Positions 16,912 through 21,244 of a DNA stretch of 21,244 nucleotides are shown in pieces. The DNA is taken from NCBI GenBank assembly GCA_034722055.1, contig JAYENL010000279.1, positions 1 through 21,244 on the forward strand. Direction: 5' to 3'. Every line of letters starts with the position of its first letter. Position 1 is the stretch's first letter. Below the pieces are notes generated by a model. It worked only from the letters and a program-made list of their open reading frames with translations, made no database searches and was not told the DNA's origin. Source of the DNA: Armatimonadota bacterium. Its GTDB lineage: Bacteria > Armatimonadota > Zipacnadia > Zipacnadales > UBA5352. Both the position numbers and the translations under genes were made by a program.

Positions 16912-17042
16912 TCCAGTGGCCGATGTTGCCGGCCCAGGGCACAGGATCGTCGCCAACCACTGGCGGCCCGGCTGGCAGTGGGCGCGCTACTGTGCGAGGG
17001 CCGCGCCGCGTGTTGCCCGAGGACCTGCCCCGCGTAGCTCAG
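16912..17042 (+). pseudogene. Decayed fragment of a moxR 5' end
   Basis: 16912-16957 matches 17865-17910 at 40/46 nt. 16984-17001 (ALLCEG) matches 17962-17979 (ALLCDG). 17010-17042 (VLPEDLPRVAQ) matches 17983-18015 (VLLEDVPGVAK). Contains a deletion and frameshifts. Confidence 0.85.
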
Positions 17043-17111
17043 GAGTTTGATGGGCGATGCCTTTGTGTACAATGGTATATGATGGTGTTTAGCATTCTGC
17101 GGAGGTGTCCG

Positions 17112-17390
17112 ATGGAGGAGCAGGACGTTCTGACCGCTCGCGAGTGCGCGGAGCTGCTGGGCTTTTCTGAGGAGCACGTGCGCGTCCTGGCCCGCACGCA
17201 GAGGGTGCCCGCAGCCAAGATAGGGGGCCGGTGGCGCTTCTCCCGGCGCCAGGTGCTGGAGTGGCTGGAGGCCAGGGCGGTGCCCGAGGCCCTCGTGGAG
17301 GAGGAGCTGGCGGCCGAGGCCGAACGGCGCCTGGCGAGCAGCGAGGGCAGGCGGCCCTTTGAGGATGCCGTGGCGGACGTGGGCGATTGA
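17112..17390 (+). CDS. Excisionase-type HTH (HTH_17-like) protein with acidic C-terminal tail, putative antitoxin
   Basis: VLTARECAELLGFSEEHVRVLAR..VPAAKIGGRWRF. RBS GGAGGT 17101-17106 before ATG 17112. Confidence 0.82.
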   Translation: MEEQDVLTARECAELLGFSEEHVRVLARTQRVPAAKIGGRWRFSRRQVLEWLEARAVPEALVEEELAAEAERRLASSEGRRPFEDAVADVGD

Positions 17391-17671
17391 GGTACGAGCT
17401 GTGGATCGAGCGGGCAGCGGAGCGGGAGCTCCAGGACCTGGAGCCGGAGCTGCGAGGCCGCGTCATCGAGCGCATCCGAGGCCTGGCGGATGATCCCCGT
17501 GGCCCGAACACGAAGGCGCTGGCCGGCGGACTGCGGGGCCTGCGGCGCCTGCGCATCGGCGACTGGCGGGTGTGCTATCAGATCGAGGAAGAGGCGGCGG
17601 CAGTGACAATCATCGAGATCGATCACCGCCAAGACATCTACAGGCGGCTCCTGCGACGCCGCCGCGGGTAG
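17387..17671 (+). CDS. relE: RelE/ParE-family toxin (RelE-like mRNA interferase)
   Basis: YELWIERAAERELQDL, LADDPR, RRLRIGDWRVCYQI, VTIIEIDHRQDIY. TTG start overlaps the upstream TGA (TTGA). Confidence 0.88.
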   Translation: MRYELWIERAAERELQDLEPELRGRVIERIRGLADDPRGPNTKALAGGLRGLRRLRIGDWRVCYQIEEEAAAVTIIEIDHRQDIYRRLLRRRRG

Positions 17672-17868
17672 TGGTCACTTGCTCAAGTCGTCAGATGTTG
17701 ATGAGGGGCGGAGGCGGCGGGGCGGTCGTTGTAGGACCGAGCAGCACACCGGGCCGCCGGCTCCGTAGCGCCTTGAGGTGCTGATCGCCATGCATGTCGC
17801 GCAGGCGCTGTTCGCATATCTGATTGTCATCTTCTGACGCCGCTCTTGCGAACGCGGAGGGAAGTCCA

Positions 17869-18813
17869 GTGGCCGATGTTGCCAGCCTGGGGCACAGGAT
17901 GGTCGAGAACATCGAGCGCGTGATCGTGGGCAAGCGCCGGCCGGTGCGGCTCACGCTCATCGCCCTGCTGTGCGATGGACACGTGCTGCTGGAGGACGTG
18001 CCCGGCGTGGCCAAGACCATGCTGGCGCGGTCGCTGGCCACCTCGCTGGGCTGCTCCTTCGCTCGCATCCAGTGCACGCCGGACCTGCTGCCCTCCGACA
18101 TCACGGGCGTCTCGGTCTTCAACCAGAAGTCCGTGGAGTTCCAGTTCCAGCCCGGGCCAATCCTCAACCAGATCGTGCTGGCCGATGAGCTCAACCGCGC
18201 CACGCCGCGCGCCCAGGCGGCGCTGCTGGAGGCCATGGCCGAGCGCCAGATCACCGTGGACGGCGTAACGCGCGAGCTGCCAGAGCCCTTCTTCGTCATC
18301 TCCACGCAGAACCCCATCGAGCACGAGGGCACCTTCCCGCTCCCCGAGGCCCAGCTCGATCGCTTCCTGATGCGGCTCTCGATCGGCTACCCCTCGTTCA
18401 CGGACGAGAACAAGATGCTGGAGCGTATCAAGCTCGCCCACCCGCTGCGGGAGCTGGGGCAGGTGGCCGAGGGCGCGGAGATCGTGCAGGCCCAGCGTGA
18501 GATCCGCGAGATCTTCGTGCACGAGAAGGTCCGCCAGTACCTGGTGCGGATAGTCCACGCCACGCGCCGGCACGATGAGCTGGCGCTGGGAGCCTCGCCG
18601 CGGGCGTCGATCGCGCTGTATCGCACCTCCCAGGCCCTGGCGGCGCTGGAGGGTCGGGAGTTTGTGCTGCCCGATGACGTGAAGTACGTGGCCGAGGCGG
18701 TGCTGTGCCACCGCGTGATCCTCTCATCCGAGGCCCGGCTGCGGGGGCGGCTGGTGGAGGACATGATCGACGAGCTGGTGGGCAGCATCCCCGCGCCGGT
18801 CGAGAAGGCGTGA
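17869..18813 (+). CDS. moxR: MoxR-family AAA+ ATPase
   Basis: HVLLEDVPGVAKT, RIQCTPDLLPSDITG, LADELNRA, TQNPIEHEGTFPLPEAQLDRF, GASPRAS. RBS GGAGGGA before GTG 17869. Confidence 0.95.
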   Translation: MADVASLGHRMVENIERVIVGKRRPVRLTLIALLCDGHVLLEDVPGVAKTMLARSLATSLGCSFARIQCTPDLLPSDITGVSVFNQKSVEFQFQPGPILNQIVLADELNRATPRAQAALLEAMAERQITVDGVTRELPEPFFVISTQNPIEHEGTFPLPEAQLDRFLMRLSIGYPSFTDENKMLERIKLAHPLRELGQVAEGAEIVQAQREIREIFVHEKVRQYLVRIVHATRRHDELALGASPRASIALYRTSQALAALEGREFVLPDDVKYVAEAVLCHRVILSSEARLRGRLVEDMIDELVGSIPAPVEKA

Positions 18814-18898
18814 GCGGGTGGGCTCAGGATAGATCGCGCACCTGTCAACGACGCGCGGGCAAGAGCGCTCGTGTTGCGGAACGTCAACGGCACTCACG

Positions 18899-20185
18899 AT
18901 GAGCTACGCCATCAACTGGCAACGGGTCGTGCTGCTGCTGGCGGCGGTGGGGTTCCTCTTCGCCGCCGTGGTCATGCGGCTGAGCTTCTTCGCCTTCGCC
19001 CTCTACGCGCTGGGCGCGGTCAGCCTCGTGGCCTACCTCATGACGTGGTCGGCGCTGGACGGGCTGGCGACAGAGCGGCACGTCACCGGCCGAGACGCAG
19101 AGATCGGCGACGACGTCGTCGTCACCGTGCCCGTCCGCAACGACAAGCCCCTTCCCACCATCTGGCTGGTGGCCGAGGACATCCTCCCGCGGGGCCTGGA
19201 GGTCGCCGGCACGTGGGCGCGCGCGGTGCTGCTGATGCCCTTCGCGTCGATGCGCCTGCAGTACCGCCTGCGCTGCAGCCGCCGGGGGTACTTCCGGGTG
19301 GGGCCGGTGATGTTCGAGACCGGCGACTTTTTCGGCCTGACGCGCCGCTTCGCGACCGGCTCGCATCCCACCTACCTCACCGTCTACCCCCGCGTGGTGC
19401 CGCTGGAGCAGTACGCCATCCCGACCTCGCGCCCCATGGGCGAGACGGTGGTCAAGCGGCGGATGGTGGAGGATCCCACGCGCCTGGCGGGCGTCCGGGA
19501 GTACCGCACCGGCGACCCCCTCCGACGCATCCACTGGAAGGCCACCGCCAGCACCGGCGAGTTGCACTCGCGCGTCTACGAGTACTCCACGCTGGTAGGT
19601 GCGAACATCATCCTGGACTTCGGCCGCGCCGCGTGGGACGGCGACCGGGCCCGCTCGGAGCTGGCGGTGACGGCCGCGGCCTCCATCGCCTCGCACCTCA
19701 CCGACCGCAAGCAGCAGGTGGGGCTGGTCACCAACGGCGGCGACGCCTCGGACATCATGCCCGAGCAGATCGAGCGCATCTCGGCCCCCACCCGGCAGCG
19801 CATCTACCAGATGCTGGCCGAGCGCGAGCGCACCGACCGCCTCTCCCCCGTCCGCATCCCGGTCCGGCGCGGCGAGCACAACCTGCATCTGATCATGCGC
19901 TCGCTGGCCCGGCTGCGGCTCTCAGATGCGCTCACGCTGCCGGAGCTGATCACCGAGGAGTACGAGGGATGGCCGCGGGAGGCGACAGCGCTGGTCATCG
20001 CGCCCGGCGTCTCCCGGGAGCTACTGCCGCGGCTGGTGGAGCTGCGGAACTCCGGCTTCACGGTGGCCTGCATGATCGTGGCCAACGAGGCCAACTATGG
20101 CCGAGTTCGGGGTATGCTGGAGTCAGAGGGCATTCGGCCCATGCACGTGGGCAGTGAGGAGGAGATCGGTGTCATCGGCCTCTGA
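18899..20185 (+). CDS. DUF58-domain membrane protein
   Basis: Two N-terminal TM helices, RRGYF..GP, LTVYP, GVREYRTGDPLRRIHWKATA; the usual MoxR partner. Confidence 0.9.
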   Translation: MSYAINWQRVVLLLAAVGFLFAAVVMRLSFFAFALYALGAVSLVAYLMTWSALDGLATERHVTGRDAEIGDDVVVTVPVRNDKPLPTIWLVAEDILPRGLEVAGTWARAVLLMPFASMRLQYRLRCSRRGYFRVGPVMFETGDFFGLTRRFATGSHPTYLTVYPRVVPLEQYAIPTSRPMGETVVKRRMVEDPTRLAGVREYRTGDPLRRIHWKATASTGELHSRVYEYSTLVGANIILDFGRAAWDGDRARSELAVTAAASIASHLTDRKQQVGLVTNGGDASDIMPEQIERISAPTRQRIYQMLAERERTDRLSPVRIPVRRGEHNLHLIMRSLARLRLSDALTLPELITEEYEGWPREATALVIAPGVSRELLPRLVELRNSGFTVACMIVANEANYGRVRGMLESEGIRPMHVGSEEEIGVIGL

Positions 20186-20234
20186 GCGGCAGGCATCCCC
20201 GGACCAGCAGCGGCCCGGGGAGTGGGAGGAGCCG

Positions 20235-21244
20235 GTGGAGGGCGGCGCTGAGGAGCCTCAGCGGCGCGAGCCGCTGCCGCAGTTCGACTGGCTGACCGAG
20301 GTGGCCATCCCGATCTGCGTCTTCGGCCTGCTGGGCAGCCTGCTGTACTACCTCATTGAGGTGCGTGCCACACTGGCCGGCCCTCACGCCGTGGGCCCGC
20401 TGCGATGGGTGGTGTTCTGGTTCCTGCTGGCCTGCATCGGCATCGCGCGCATCCGCACCAAGTACGGCGGCGCGGCCATCGCGGGCTACTACTCGGCGCT
20501 GCTGGCGGGCGCCATCGCGCTCTTCGTCTACGTCTATACCGGCCGCGCGGGAGCCTTCTACGGCGGTGCGGACCAGGGCCAGTGGCTGGCGCTGCTGTTC
20601 AACTGGGCCCTCGTGGGGGTCGTCTGGTGGGCCGCCAGTGCCGTGACCCGCGAGGCCACGCTGGAGGAGAACGTCGAGACGCAGCTTGAGGGCGGCCTCT
20701 GGACGCTGCTGGCTGAGGAGTGGCGCTACCCCGACGATGAGGGTCGCGAGCCGGATGAGGAGGTGGATCACGCCCAGGTGCGCCCGCGGCACCCCGGGAG
20801 GCTGGTGCTGTGGGTGTCGCTGGCGGCACTGGTGCTCTTCGCGGTGGGCCAGAGGACCATCGGCGGGGAGGGGGAGCACGCGCGGGTGGCCTTCTGGTGC
20901 ATGGGCGCCTACGTGCTCTTCGCGCTGCTGCTGCTGGCGCTGACGAACCTGTCGGCGCTGCGGATGCAGGTGCGTCGGCGGGGGATCTCGCTGGCGCCGG
21001 CCGTCACGCCCGCCTGGATCGCCGCCAGCGCCATCGTGGTCATCCTCATCGTCATCTTCTCCGCCTCCATGCCCCGCCTGGCGACTCCGGGGGCTGAGCC
21101 GCGGTTCGTGCAGGTCCCGCAGTGGCTCACGGACAACCGCCGGCCGGGGATGGAGGAGGGTCCCGCCCAGGGCCTCGGTCCCGAGGGCCGGGCGCCCGGT
21201 CAGGGCGAGGACCGCGGGGCCGGCCGCGAGGAGGGCGGCGAGCG
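20235..21244 (+). CDS. Multi-pass membrane protein of the MoxR-DUF58 operon, possibly DUF4129-containing (3' truncated by the window edge)
   Basis: RBS GGGAGGAG then GTG 20235; reads MEGGAEEPQRREPLPQFDWLTEVAIPICVFGLLGSLLYYLIEV...RHPGRLVLWVSLAALVLFAVGQ; many hydrophobic segments. Absent from the ORF track, apparently because no stop is reached. Confidence 0.75.
   Translation, partial: MEGGAEEPQRREPLPQFDWLTEVAIPICVFGLLGSLLYYLIEVRATLAGPHAVGPLRWVVFWFLLACIGIARIRTKYGGAAIAGYYSALLAGAIALFVYVYTGRAGAFYGGADQGQWLALLFNWALVGVVWWAASAVTREATLEENVETQLEGGLWTLLAEEWRYPDDEGREPDEEVDHAQVRPRHPGRLVLWVSLAALVLFAVGQRTIGGEGEHARVAFWCMGAYVLFALLLLALTNLSALRMQVRRRGISLAPAVTPAWIAASAIVVILIVIFSASMPRLATPGAEPRFVQVPQWLTDNRRPGMEEGPAQGLGPEGRAPGQGEDRGAGREEGGE

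Noticed and set aside
16923..17111. N-terminal extension of the 155-aa ORF 16923-17390
   Set aside because: It runs through the moxR relic and the promoter-like region; the strong RBS marks ATG 17112 as the start.
17112..17390. Prophage or ICE inferred from the excisionase-like gene
   Set aside because: No integrase, phage or conjugation genes and no tRNA target in the window.
17992..18018. Atypical Walker A (GVAKT) suggesting an inactive MoxR
   Set aside because: GxAKT is a common variant in MoxR proteins, and the other motifs are intact.
1..21244. CRISPR array, tRNA, rRNA or IS element
   Set aside because: No regularly spaced repeats, cloverleaf, rRNA-like tract or transposase motif seen.

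Overview
High-GC bacterial chromosomal window; no rRNA, tRNA, CRISPR array, transposase or integrase is recognisable. Minus strand: a Liv-type (HAAT) ABC importer operon ending in a PaaK-like adenylating-enzyme homolog with degenerate catalytic motifs; an MscS-family channel with an extended membrane N-terminus; argG; a LarA-family nickel-pincer racemase; an HTH-DUF5678 plus retropepsin-like protease pair; leuB; and a DAGK-family kinase. Plus strand: a uronate isomerase, an HTH-MNT/HEPN pair, an excisionase-HTH/RelE pair, and a MoxR-DUF58-membrane protein operon cut by the window edge. Most notable: (1) a ~250 bp non-coding multi-hairpin element at the left edge. Its G.T wobbles and four GNA triloops (GAA, GGA, GTA, GCA) all point to the minus strand folding, possibly as single-stranded DNA. 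(2) The HTH-DUF5678/aspartic protease module with its own promoter. (3) A decayed copy of the moxR 5' end that brackets the HTH-RelE module. (4) A probable PaaK pseudoenzyme. All family calls come from motif recognition by eye; no database searches were run.
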